DNA of 64,000 nt from Octopus sinensis (Eukaryota). The notes beneath the pieces were generated by a model. It did no database searches. It saw only the letters and a list, made by a program, of their open reading frames with translations, and had not been told where the DNA came from. Of this stretch, positions 41,872-53,399 are shown in pieces; the first letter of the stretch is position 1, and every line of letters begins with the position of its first letter. Location of the stretch: the NCBI RefSeq assembly GCF_006345805.1, contig NC_043006.1:62992001-63056000 (forward strand). The letters are read 5' to 3'. Position numbers and translations under genes: made by a program.

Positions 41872-44456
41872 GAATCAATGATATATAATACTACTGATTC
41901 AGTGGGGCATTGTCTTCACTTCAGGAATGTTGCTGCCTGCTGCACACACAGGCATCCGAGACTACATTCAGAAAAGAGATAGCCGACTTATTAACATAAA
42001 GTTGCACACGAACGCACTCCGCACTCTCATCCACAGACGCGATGAATCTATCCTTCTACCTTTACAACAACTACTAAAATAACATCAGCTTCTCGGAGCG
42101 AATTGTGTTTATTCCACCCCTACTCAGGCAATCGCGTTCTACTTGTCTCTCCTCCTCTGGTCATAATTGTTGTCCCCTAACCCCCATCAAGGCCTCGTCC
42201 TAATCGCTATACCCAGTCGTACCTTCTCAGAACGTCGGCCCTCTAGAATTCCGTCCCAGCTCATACATTTTCCGCGGGTTCCAAATGATTCAGGAGAACA
42301 TAGATGACACCAACCCTACCGTTCTAAGAGAGCCTGCATAAGTCATGGACATTGCCCCTTCTTCTGAACCCAGCAAATAAAAATAAATATGAAAAGTTTC
42401 GATTATATCTTCGATCCCGTTCATTAATTAATGTCGTTTAAAACCTATCACTTGAACTTCTTTCATTGTGGTAATGTAGTTGCAATTGTTTTCATGTGTA
42501 ATGCCCCAACCCGTTACAGACAGGAAAAAATTATACATATTTATTTTTTATCGTTTCCTGAAGAATATTAAATAACTTTTTTTTCGCTACAGTCACATCT
42601 GTATTCGTTTGATCACAAATGTAATATTACGAATGAAACAAACTGTCAGGTTTAATAATGTATAATGAAATGGACGTGAAAGAACTAACTTTTGGGAGAT
42701 CGATGAGCAAATCTCATGAGTATAACAAATGTATTTGATATTAATTATTACCGCACAATTTAGGAATAAAGAGATTAACTACATTGTCAATGTTTATACA
42801 AAGAAGCATGTAGCCACACAGTTCAGGTAACGCAAAGTTCAAAAGCTCATCGTCCAAACAATACAAATATTTAAACCAAAACTCTGCTAAGAGAGCATGC
42901 GTCTAAGATAGACAAAGAATGAAAATAGGAAAAACTTATTCTCATATGACTTAAATTTACCGAAAAAATTCCAACGAAATTTGAGAAAAATCAATCCATT
43001 CAAGGTTACGTCACGTCACACATAAGATGATTTCGTCTAAGCACTCAGTTGCCTTTAACACGTGATTTAACAAAACAAAGAAATGACATGTGCTGTTCAA
43101 AGATGTCAGTGAGTTCTTAAACATGACAAAATGTTAACGTTCTTGGCTTTTTGCTATTACACCACTGACATCATATTGTTACTTTCATCCACTTTGTTCG
43201 CCTCCCCCTCCTCATCATCATTGTTTTTGTTTCATTATTATTATCATTTCATTTTAGATTTTTATCTATTTACACATCAATAGATGCACACCGTTCATTT
43301 TTCGTTCCGTCTTCTCTCTCTCCCTCTCTCTCACCCTCTCTCTCTCTCTCTCTCTAACATCTAGACTGTTTTATAGAGAACTATATCTGAAATCTGTCGT
43401 GACACTAACCATGCATTTGATATTAAATGAATCCAGCAAATTTATTAAGGTGAAAATGTGATTTCTCTAACACACCACTCTACCCTTTTTGACCTGCATA
43501 ACACATAAGGGAAGCATACAAATTGATTTCAAAGTATACACAATATTCGCTTTATAACTACCTGCTAGGTCACAGAAAACAATTCCGTATCTATAGTCAT
43601 GTTTAGAGATATCAACATAAAATATCGAAACGAAATTAAACTCCTTACGCGGTATATGTGTGATAATCATCTCTAGTATATGACGAGAAAGTGGAAATTC
43701 GTTGCATATCTGATTTTAGAACGGATGTCATTCGAATGTAAACTAAATATATAATTTACAGATTACATATGAAATATGAGTGTGCTTGTATGTGTATGTG
43801 TGTATGTATGTATGTATAACATATATTCATATCACATAACCTAAACATAAAATATTTCATAATCATCAGACTACAAAAAACAATACCCTGCCCAATAAGT
43901 AAAACAATAATGAACAGCCCAACCAATTATTGAATACATACAAACATGAACGCTTCAATGCAAGTACAATATTCAAAATCAAAAGCACAATACACAAAAG
44001 CCATTAAAACGATCAAAGAACCATAGAAAAACAATAATCTCGATCTTAACCTATTTTAAGACCAAACTATAACTTCGGACAACGACTGGGCTGAAGTTGA
44101 ACTCAACAGTACATACCTATAAATAACAACAATTCCACCTCCCACAGAAAACTAACAAAAACTTGCATCGATGAGTTCACTTCGAAGGTGTCCAAATGGA
44201 CCGACCATGATGAAGTTGCACCTACAACATAACAAGGTTGCATTTGCAGCACGGAGTAGTCGCTGCAGCGAAAACATGTGTAGGCCATTACAGTATGCTG
44301 TATATAAACTAAATTTTGTGGATTTTTAAATCTCCATGCTCTTTATTATTATTGATATTATACCTATCTATTTATCTATCTACACACATATAAATATATA
44401 TATATATATTCATATATATATATGCATATATATATATATATATTCATATATATATA

Positions 44457-44490
<34 letters not shown>

Positions 44491-44524
44491 TATATATATA
44501 TGCATATTATATATATATATATTA

Positions 44525-44557
<33 letters not shown>

Positions 44558-44678
44558 ACAATTTAGGAATGGCCTAAACAGGCCATTCATCCACCAGAAA
44601 GAGCAGCCAGAACTCCAACCGCCAAGTAGTGTAATTCGGAAATAAGGTGAAAATTTAAAAACATTTACCCTAATTCAT

Positions 44679-44776
44679 CTTTTATACGATGCATCGTTTC
44701 AGTGTCTTTAATGATAGACCAGCATAATTAATTAAATTAAGCTAGTCTACCATAGGTCACACTTCATCAGTAAAAG
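44679..44776 (-). ncRNA. Canonical type I hammerhead ribozyme
   Basis: Minus strand reads CTTTTA-CTGATGA-AGTGT...(atggtagactagc/gctggtctatcat)...ACACT-GAAAC-GATGCATC-GTA|TAAAAG; all core nucleotides intact and stems I-III paired. Confidence 0.9.
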
Positions 44777-45151
44777 AAACCTGGGAGAGACGGATATACA
44801 CGAGGCGACTGTATCAATGCCTCGGGAATATCTGTCTTAAAATTTTCAAGACCAACGCATTCGCGCCAAACTTATCGGCAGCAAATATAAACTGCCGATT
44901 CAATCTCAGAATTAGTCAGAAAATTATCAATTAATCAATTTAGGGTAGCAAAAAATTCAGTAAAAATTTATCGCTACCAGCGGCCTAATGGAAAAGAGAA
45001 AATAGTCAAAGACTAAATATGTATAAATATAACAATTTAGGAATGGCCTAAACAGGCCATTCGTCCACCAGAAAGAGCAGCCAGAACTCCAACCGCCAAG
45101 TAGTGTAATTCGGAATAAGGTGAAAATTTAAAAACATTTACCCTAATTCAT

Positions 45152-45252
45152 CTTTTATATACGATGCATCGTTTCAGTGTCTTTAATGATAGACCAGCAT
45201 AATTAAATTAAATTAAGCTAGTCTACCATAGGTCACACTTCATCAGTAAAAG
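45152..45252 (-). ncRNA. Second hammerhead copy, with a 2-nt insertion at the cleavage site/stem I junction
   Basis: Same as 44679-44776 but reads GTA|TATAAAAG, plus one extra nt in the stem II loop. Confidence 0.8.
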
Positions 45253-45626
45253 AAACCTGGGAGAGACGGATATACACGAGGCGACTGTATCAATGCCTCG
45301 GGAATATCTGTCTTAAAATTTTCAAGACCAACGCATTCGCGCCAAACTTATCGGCAGCAAATATAAACTGCCGATTCAATCTCAGAATTAGTCAGAAAAT
45401 TATCAATTAATCAATTTAGGGTAGCAAAAAATTCAGTAAAAATTTATCGCTACCAGCGGCCTAATGGAAAAGAGAAAATAGTCAAAGACTAAATATGTAT
45501 AAATATAACAATTTAGGAATGGCCTAAACAGGCCATTCGTCCACCAGAAAGAGCAGCCAGAACTCCAACCGCCAAGTAGTGTAATTCGGAAATAAGGTGA
45601 AAATTTAAAAACATTTACCCTAATTC

Positions 45627-45685
<59 letters not shown>

Positions 45686-45689
45686 AGTT

Positions 45690-46095
45690 CTGTCCCATAA
45701 GTTCTGTCCGAATTTTTAATAAAGAAAATAAGTGATCAAATGTTATATTTAATTGAAATTTTATTATCAATGTAATTTCCCTGATTATCTATGACTTCCT
45801 TCTATCTATTTACAAACTTTTTAATCCCCTCAATGTAAAACTCTTTTGGTTTCAAAGCGAAGAACTCTGAAATGTCAGTCTCGACCTTCTCCTGGCTTGC
45901 GAAAGTTATGTCCCCCAAATAATTCTGTAAACTATGAAACAAATGTAGTCTGAAGGAGCAAGGTCGAGAGCATAAGTTGGATAAGGAATTTTCCCAACCA
46001 AGCTTTTCGATCTTGCAATGTGGACTCGCGCATTGTCCTGGTGAAACATCACTCCTTTTCGTTTCACTAAAGCGGGTCTTTTTGTCTTCAAAGCT
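45690..46095 (-). mobile_element. Mariner (DD34D-type) transposase C-terminal fragment with probable TIR
   Basis: GVMFHQDNARVH; PYPTYALDLAPSDY; HLFHSLQNYLGDITF...EFYIEGIKKFVNR; TIR-like cccataagttctgtccg near 45693. Confidence 0.75.
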
Positions 46096-46790
46096 TGGTT
46101 TTGGTCCTGGTGTTCTTGATTCTCTCCCAGGTTCGGGCATCGATTTGTTGATCGGAAATGATCTTATGGGATCCAAAGTTGGTGCTGATCCTATTGTCAC
46201 TGTTTCTGCAGAGAGTTCAATTAATACAATAATGTTAGAGAATGATTTTCCCGGTATTTTTCCTTCTTGTGCAGTGACTCGTATATGTCGAAAGACATTT
46301 CTTCCAAGCCTCCTTTGCCGAATGATTTCATTTGTGATTTCTCAGGTACTTTCATGGATCATTCATTTAGTAAGGTAGAGGCTGACTTATCTTCAAAGAG
46401 TAGTGAGCCTACTTATCTTTAAAGAGTAGTGACTTATCTTCAAAGGGTAGTGACCCTTCAGTTCTTCTTGATGTAAACACATTCTTTCTAGAGAGCAACT
46501 TGTACGCAGAGAGAGGAGGATGTTGAGTTCAGAAATTAACTAATAAGGCTATTTCTTTTGAGGAGGTTAAAAGGTTCTAGTTTGCTACTACTTTAGGGAT
46601 GGTGTTATGATGAGGAAATATAGGCCTCCGGACATCTTGCAGGGATGTATAGAAAGTGTACCATCAGATTGCCTACGAAAATTGTTTCGAAGTCATGTAT
46701 TTTATTGGCACATGAAAGTCCCATGGTAGATCATTTAGATATGAATGAAATTTGTGCGACAATTTTGATACATTTCTTTTGACCGACCTG
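46095..46790 (+). mobile_element. Ty3/Gypsy LTR-retrotransposon internal remnant (protease end followed by integrase zinc-binding region; Gmr1-like order)
   Basis: GVLDSLPGSGIDLLIGNDL, FPSCAVTR, CYYFRDGVMMRKYRPP, VYHQIA, LLAHESPMVDHL...ILIHFF*P. Confidence 0.7.
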
Positions 46791-47274
46791 TCTATCGAGA
46801 ATTTGGAATGAACCAACGAAATTGACAGCTTCGTATCTCCAGCTATGGATTTTTAATCACTAAGGACTGACTAACTCAGGACATATATTTGTAACAGCTC
46901 TTCGCTTTGAGTTCTAGTATTTTGTGATGGCTTTGTGCCGTGGACTGAAATGTATAACAGCTTCACGCTCACTTCCATGTAAGTTTTGGCATTTTTTTCT
47001 CAATACATAATCGAATTATTATGGGCTTGTTTGTTATATTTGGTGTCTTCCTTTTGTCTAACCGTAACAATACACACATACATATATGTACATATAAACA
47101 TATAAATATATATATACATATATATGTGTGCATATATGTGTATGTATATGTATATTTGTATGCATGCATGTTTTTACATACGTATACATACATATGCACA
47201 TATATATATATACAGACATGCAGGAAGTAAATAGACACCTTTAATTTTCCAATTTTTTTCTTTAACATATTAAC

Positions 47275-47640
47275 ACTTCTCTACCTCTCACATTCAACTG
47301 TTTCACGCTTGCAAGCGAGGTCTACCAGCAGTGATCTTAGTCCGCCATGGAAATGAGAATATGATCCAACTCTGACACTTTATTTGTTGATTATGTCGAG
47401 GTCCAAATCCTCTTCGTTTACCAGACCGAGCCCAAAACTATACTGTCGATATATAGACAACTGTATTGGCACGATCTCTTTCCCCCGTGAAAAACTCAAT
47501 AATTCCATCTCTTTCATTTCTACCTTTAATCCATTTCTTGCGTTCACTTCTATCACCTCTGGCAGCTCTGTCAACATTCTGGATATCCCTGTCTATGTTT
47601 CTATCTCTCTTTCTCTATTGATCCCCTCTATCACTCTCTC
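47275..47640 (+). mobile_element. Penelope-like RT remnant
   Basis: PKLYCRYIDNCIG...FISTFNPFLAFT...VNILDI (cf. RYIDDCIG...FHP.L.FT...LPFLD), preceded by an AMG/LFV..VE remnant. Confidence 0.75.
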
Positions 47641-47819
47641 ACCACTTCTTCAAAAAAACTGATACCTACCTCTACTACGACGTTTTCTCCTTCCACTCCT
47701 TCCATTCTCCCCCAATGTGTACGTTTAATTGATGTTTGTAGTTTTGTACCTGTTTTTTGGTGGGGAGGGTGATTGCATAGATAGTTAAATAAATAGACAG
47801 GCAGGCAGACAGACGGATA

Positions 47820-47970
<151 letters not shown>

Positions 47971-48197
47971 CTGTCCAAAGAGTTTGCAAGAAATAACGAT
48001 GTCAGCTATGTTTTTAATGACCATAATTACATCTATAAATCCAATACAAAGTGACCGAGGTTACTTAAATGAGAGAAGCCAATAATTAATTATATATTTC
48101 TGGTTGCTAATAATCGTCTTCACGCAACAATGTCACAGATCACAACAGGATTAAGCCATCCTAAAAGTTCTCGATTGATTTCTGTTTCTCAGATTTA

Positions 48198-49458
48198 TAG
48201 GGGCTGGAGAAAATAATGGAAACACAAATTTATTTTAATATGGAGTAGGACCACTTTTGGCAGTAATTACAGCTTGAATTCTACGAACTATAGACTCGTA
48301 CAAAGTTTGAATTGTGTCCAAAGGAATTTTTGTCCATTCTTTAGCTAAAAAGGTCTCCAGCTCTTGTAGTGATGATGGTGGAGGATATCGACATCTTACT
48401 TGTTTTTCTAAAAGGCACCATAAATTTTCAATAATATTGATATCGAGGGACTGTGGTGGCCAGATAAGATGTTCAACTTCACTAGAATGTTCCTCGTACC
48501 ATTCAGTAACAAATTTAGCTGTGTGAATTGGGACATTATCATCCTGAAAGATTGCATTTCCCTCCGGAAACAGTTCTGCAAACATAGGATGAATTCCCTT
48601 AGAAAAACTGCTTAACTAGTCTTGACTATTAATTCTGCCATGAAGGGAAACCATTGGGGCGGCGGATTTCTAAGATATAAACCCCAAGATCATCAAAGAT
48701 TCTCCTCCATTTTTAACAGTCGGAAGAAGTCAGTCTGGATCAAATGCTTCTTTTGGCTGTCTCCATACGTATACTCGGCCGGTGGTCGGAAATAAGGTGA
48801 ATGATGACTCGTCCGAGAAAATAATATCCTTCCACCGCACTAGGGACCAATTCTGTTTGTTTTTACTCCACTCTAAATGCTTAGAAACGTTTGTTTTTGA
48901 AAGTTGTGGTTTTCTGATTGCATCCCTCCTGTCAAATCCGGCTTTGTGCAGCTCCCGGCGAACAGTTTTTTGTGGAAACCCGGTTCTTGAGGAGGTCATG
49001 AACTTCTGCGGTAATTTTGGGAGCTGTAATTTTGTGATCCTTTCTAACAATTCGCGTAAGCACCTGCCGGCCCCTATCTGAAAGTTTTGGCTTTCTTCCG
49101 GAGTTTTGTTTCAACGAGGAGGTTTTTCCCTCCTTCCCAAAGCTGTCATTACTTTCGAGACAGTATTTCTTGATACACCAAATATTTCGGCTGCTTTCGT
49201 TACACTAGCGCCTGCCATACGAGCACCAACAATTTGTCCTCTTTGAAAATCCGATAGATCTGTCATATTAATGAATTTTAATTACCTTTTTTCTGATGAT
49301 ATCTGAAAAGGAGTAGCAATTTTAGCAAAACGTATTAAGCAACACTAATAATAAATTAAAAAAAACATGAAAATAAACAAGCTTTTGACGGTTTTATAGA
49401 TATATCAAAATTATGATGTTATGATGCTAGGTGTTTCCATTATTTTATCCAACCCCTT
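48198..49458 (-). mobile_element. Full-length Tc1-type DNA transposon (1261 bp, 28-bp TIRs, TA TSD), DD36E
   Basis: TIRs taggggctggagaaaataatggaaacac (48198-48225) / gtgtttccattattttatccaacccctt (49431-49458), each flanked by TA. Confidence 0.9.
48235..49266 (-). pseudogene. Tc1 transposase pseudogene (frameshifts and stops)
   Basis: MTDLSDFQRGQIVGAR...GRKPKLS...VRRELH...IIFSDES...FQDDN-(36 aa)-ENLW...TPY*; the D codon (48540-48538) and E codon (48429-48427) are 108 nt apart. Confidence 0.88.
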
Positions 49459-49594
49459 TATGTCAGTGACAAATGCGGTAACTTCATAGAAGGTTTATGG
49501 CTACGTTATGAAAACTATTGTTCTTAGCAGGAAAAAGTTTACATACCCACTACACACACAAATATGTACTTAGACATATTATTTTTATTATTCA

Positions 49595-50567
49595 GGAGTC
49601 TTATTTTTATCACGTGCTTTCACTGCACTACGGAGCGCAGCTCTGTGTACCTTGGGTATGTGCTGTGGTTTGTTGTGATGCTCTTATTTTTACTATATTG
49701 AAGGTGTTTTATGTAGGACGTGTGCGATGCCTGGTAGTGCAATTTTCTGTACGTTATATATACTTCTTAGTGCTGGTGTTTTTGTTATGTATTTGACTGA
49801 ATTTTTTTATCATACCTAATGCGCCTACTATGATAAGAATTGTTTGTTTTTAGACTCCACATTCGAGTTACCTCTATTTCCAGATCTTTGTATTTTGAAA
49901 GTCTCTCCATTTCTTTTAGAGAAACATTGCCATTTGTTGGTATTGATACATCGATTAGAAAGTAGATTTTTTTCTTGCTGATTTTTGACAACTATATCCG
50001 GCTTATTGGCTTTAATTTCTATATCTGTGCGTATTGGTATGGTTGCTTTCTTATTTTCTGTGACCTTTTCTGGTGTGTGCATACACCATCTTTTTTCTGT
50101 TGTTATTCCATAGTGTTAGCATAGCTTCCAGTGTATATAGGTCCCAACTCTGTCGTGTCTTTGAGTATATTCCTTTACAGCCATGACTGGACAACGAGAC
50201 ATAAATCGATTTATTGTTTCTTCTTCATCACCACATATTCTGCAGTTACTTGTATTTCTTTTCATAACATGTTTTTTTGGTAATTTCTGGTGGTAAGGCT
50301 TTGGTCTTGTTCCACAACTACAAATACTTTATTCTCTTCTTTGAGTCCTGAACTTTTCAGCCATTGTTGGGATTTTGCTTTGTCTATTTATTTTCTGTTT
50401 AGTTTAATCCAATATTTGCCTTGAAGGAGATTTTCTTGCTATCGTTTTATCATGATCCGTTGCTGTTCCAGTTCTTGTTCGAATTTCATCTGTTTTACGT
50501 CTTTTGTTGTTTCTTCTTTTCCTTCATAGTTGTTAGATACTATGACTTCTTTTTGTATTTGTCAGAT
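49595..50567 (-). mobile_element. R4/Dong-clade LINE 3' fragment A, flanked by (TAA)n
   Basis: CRICGDEEETINRFMSRC...RHDRVG; KANKPDIVV; LIDVSIP...KYKDLEIEVTRMW. Confidence 0.85.
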
Positions 50568-50574
50568 GTTGTTG

Positions 50575-50639
<65 letters not shown>

Positions 50640-50641
50640 TT

Positions 50642-51049
50642 ATGTTTGACTTTTGCTTTACATTTGTACAAGTTAGCTCCAAGTCTCACCCAGATGCCTC
50701 AAGAGACAAGTTAGATGTTCATGTTAGTGCAAGTTAGATGGTATTGTGTCTAGGGTGCCATATATTTGGTTTTGTACATAGAGTTGTTCTAGAGAATGTT
50801 TAAGAAACCATGAGAAAATTATGTTTGTTATAAACTTGAGATTACATAGAAAATATTTTGCGTAGGATATGGGCAGTTCCCATGAATACTATCTTTTGAA
50901 TTTCTGCCATTTTGGGGTTTCCTGGTGTCTGAGCTAGGTAGCAATCAGCCCCTTTTGCTATCATTCCCAGGGCACCTATGACAACAGGTCTTGTTTTAGT
51001 CTTCAGGTTCCACATTTTGCTAATTTCTATTTCAAGATCTCTATACTTT
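50642..51049 (-). mobile_element. R4/Dong-clade LINE 3' fragment B, flanked by (TAA)n
   Basis: KYRDLEIEISKMWNLKTKTRPVVIGALGMI...IQKIVFMGTAHILRKIFSM* plus a distinct 3' UTR. Confidence 0.85.
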
Positions 51050-51092
51050 ATTATTATTAATATTATTACTACTACTATTATTATTATTATTA

Positions 51093-51129
<37 letters not shown>

Positions 51130-51142
51130 GTTATTGTTGTTA

Positions 51143-52093
51143 TGCTCTCCTTAGAATGCGTGCTGTAGCCATCAATGTTGTCTTCTGGATCAATTCTTAA
51201 TATGTTTTTCAAAACTCTTGGAAACTGCACATAATGCTCCCTCACCACCATTACTTACCCCGTGCCCCATAACTTTCCTATCGCGTCCCACAGTGGCTGG
51301 TATTTCTCAGTCTTTTCTTTTCCTTACATTTTACCCTCGAATTGCCTGTTATTGCAGCATCTATTATCTTTGCAACTTTTTCATCTTTATGGATGATCCC
51401 AATATCAGGCCGCCTCGCTTGTATGACTTGGCCGCACTGTGTGTTAAAATCTCAGAGTATTTTGTAATGTTCGTTTTCCTCTATTCCCTTTGGCTTGTGT
51501 TCATACCATTGTTCGGTTCCCTCCAGTTTGCTTTACCGCACAACAGCCAGTGGACATATCTAGCAACATTGCCGGGTCTCCTTTTGCATTCGCGTTGTGC
51601 TAGCTTACAGAACTCACTAACAATATGGTTTCTACTTTCTCCCTTCTCACAGCACATCCTACACTGTGGCGAATCAGTGCTTTTATCAATGTGATATGTC
51701 GAGCCGTTTGTTCTGAGAGCTTGTTCTTGAGCGCTGCACACTAATGCCTCAGTGAGCCCTTTTAAGTTTCCTTTCTGCAGCCATTACCAGGTTCTATTCC
51801 AATCAATCTCCTCTTTATTCTTCAAGAATTGACAGTGCATTTTCTTGTCCTGCCAAATTTTTTTCATCTACTCTGTCTGGTCTTTCTTAAATTGTACCGG
51901 ATCTACGGCTTCGTTCACTTTTAAGGTTCCCTGCATTTTCACTACTTCAATCATTTCTTCTTTACTCCCCTTGACATACCAAACCAGGCTATTCTCCTCA
52001 TCCCTAACACAGCCTTCACGACATACCAATCTCCGTCCTCCTCATCAATTTTGGGGTCCAGTTCCTTGTTCATTGTCATTAATTTACGTGTTC
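51143..52093 (-). mobile_element. R4/Dong-clade LINE 3' fragment C, flanked by (TAA)n and other triplet tracts
   Basis: TRKLMTMNKELDPK; CSAQEQALRTN...SPQCRMCCEKGESRNHIVSE.CKLAQ...VARYVHW; ends TARILRRA*. Confidence 0.85.
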
Positions 52094-53350
52094 TTTTTCT
52101 TCTTCTTCTTTTTCTTCTTCTTCTTCTTCATCTCCTCCTCCTCCTCCTCCTCCTTATTATTATTATTATTATTATTATCATTATTGTTGTTGTTGTTGTT
52201 GTTGTTGCTGCTATTATTATTATTATTATAAAAAACGTAAAACTTTGTGAAATACAGCTACCCACGGTTTAGCCGACCGAAGAAATTCTAATTTGTTTTG
52301 TCGTTTCTCATCCTGTTAAGAAAAGAGGGCTAAGTTTAGCAATTGTGTACAAGGGAGATCAATTAGCAGAATCGATAGGACGCAGAACGAAGTGTCACGA
52401 AATTTAATCACGTCCCTTTAGTTTCTTAGTTCTAAGCCAATTAAGATCAGTTAGTATTTAATCCTTTCCAGGTTGAAGCAATCAATGACAAACTTTTTGA
52501 AAATGTGTGCATCAGATCAATGTGTGTTCGTGTTAATGTACTATGAAAGTAAGAGAACAGCCATCTTTGAATGGCTAAGAAATAAATACATTTTACAATC
52601 ATGAAATTTCAGAATCTTGGGCAAGTGAATTTAATCATATTTTAGAAGTGAGACGAGCTGAATGAAACTGAATACAGGAGAATTATGTAGAAACATAGTG
52701 GGGGGACTGAACGTGAAATTCAAAGGTTGTCTTCTCACGCATTACGTCACCCAGTTCTTCCCTCAGATTTATGTTAGGTATGTATGTGTGTGGAAAACTC
52801 AGGCCCTTACCTGTTAATGCAAAGAGAGAATGAATTCAATTGTTCGAGCATATAATACAATCACTGTTAAAAGAACGTGTTATTTTATACTATGAAAGAA
52901 TTACCACCGTGTATTTATTAGTAATTTACAATTCCAACTGCAATTCATTCAAAACGATGCTGAGACACTTGAGTAGCATCTTCTCATAACTGTTTGGCTG
53001 CCAGCACATTCGAGATAAATAATAAATAGTCAAGTAACGGAGTATTTAGTACTGAATAAACTTGTGTGTTGTATAAATAAACGATATTTATTCCATAAAA
53101 ACTTTAAAAACCTATTTAATCTTTCCAATGATTTTTTTTATGGCTGAACCCCGAGACATGCTGCCATATCTTTCACGCTCCACACATAAAAACATGGAAA
53201 CACCGCTAGCAATAAAACTGAATTGAATTTCATGAAGAGAGGCAGAACGTTCCCTAATTTGATTTGTGATGATTTGTATTACCAACTCACTTCTTTTGAA
53301 AACTCTAATTCTAGTTATCCAACCTATTTACTATGTATCTTCTCGGTCCC

Positions 53351-53399
<49 letters not shown>

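Larger units (their letters stand above)
44557..45628 (-). mobile_element. Tandem array (~2.25 copies) of a 474-476-bp hammerhead-bearing non-coding unit; candidate retrozyme / non-autonomous PLE
   Basis: The unit start aacaatttaggaatggcc recurs at 44557, 45031 and 45507; copies differ by only a few nt; flanked by (TA)n on both sides. Confidence 0.85.

Noticed and set aside
44195-44290. ATGATGA...GAAAACATGTGTA hammerhead-like string
   Set aside because: C3 is lost, there is an extra A in GAAA, and stem I is out of register; not supportable.
44557-45628. CRISPR-like or simple satellite interpretation of the tandem array
   Set aside because: There are no unique spacers and the context is eukaryotic; the ribozyme and boundary position point to RNA-mediated insertion.
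46800-47080. Possible 5' half of the mariner at 45690, displaced by the Gypsy remnant
   Set aside because: The translation does not match a mariner N-terminus convincingly, and no matching TIR was found.
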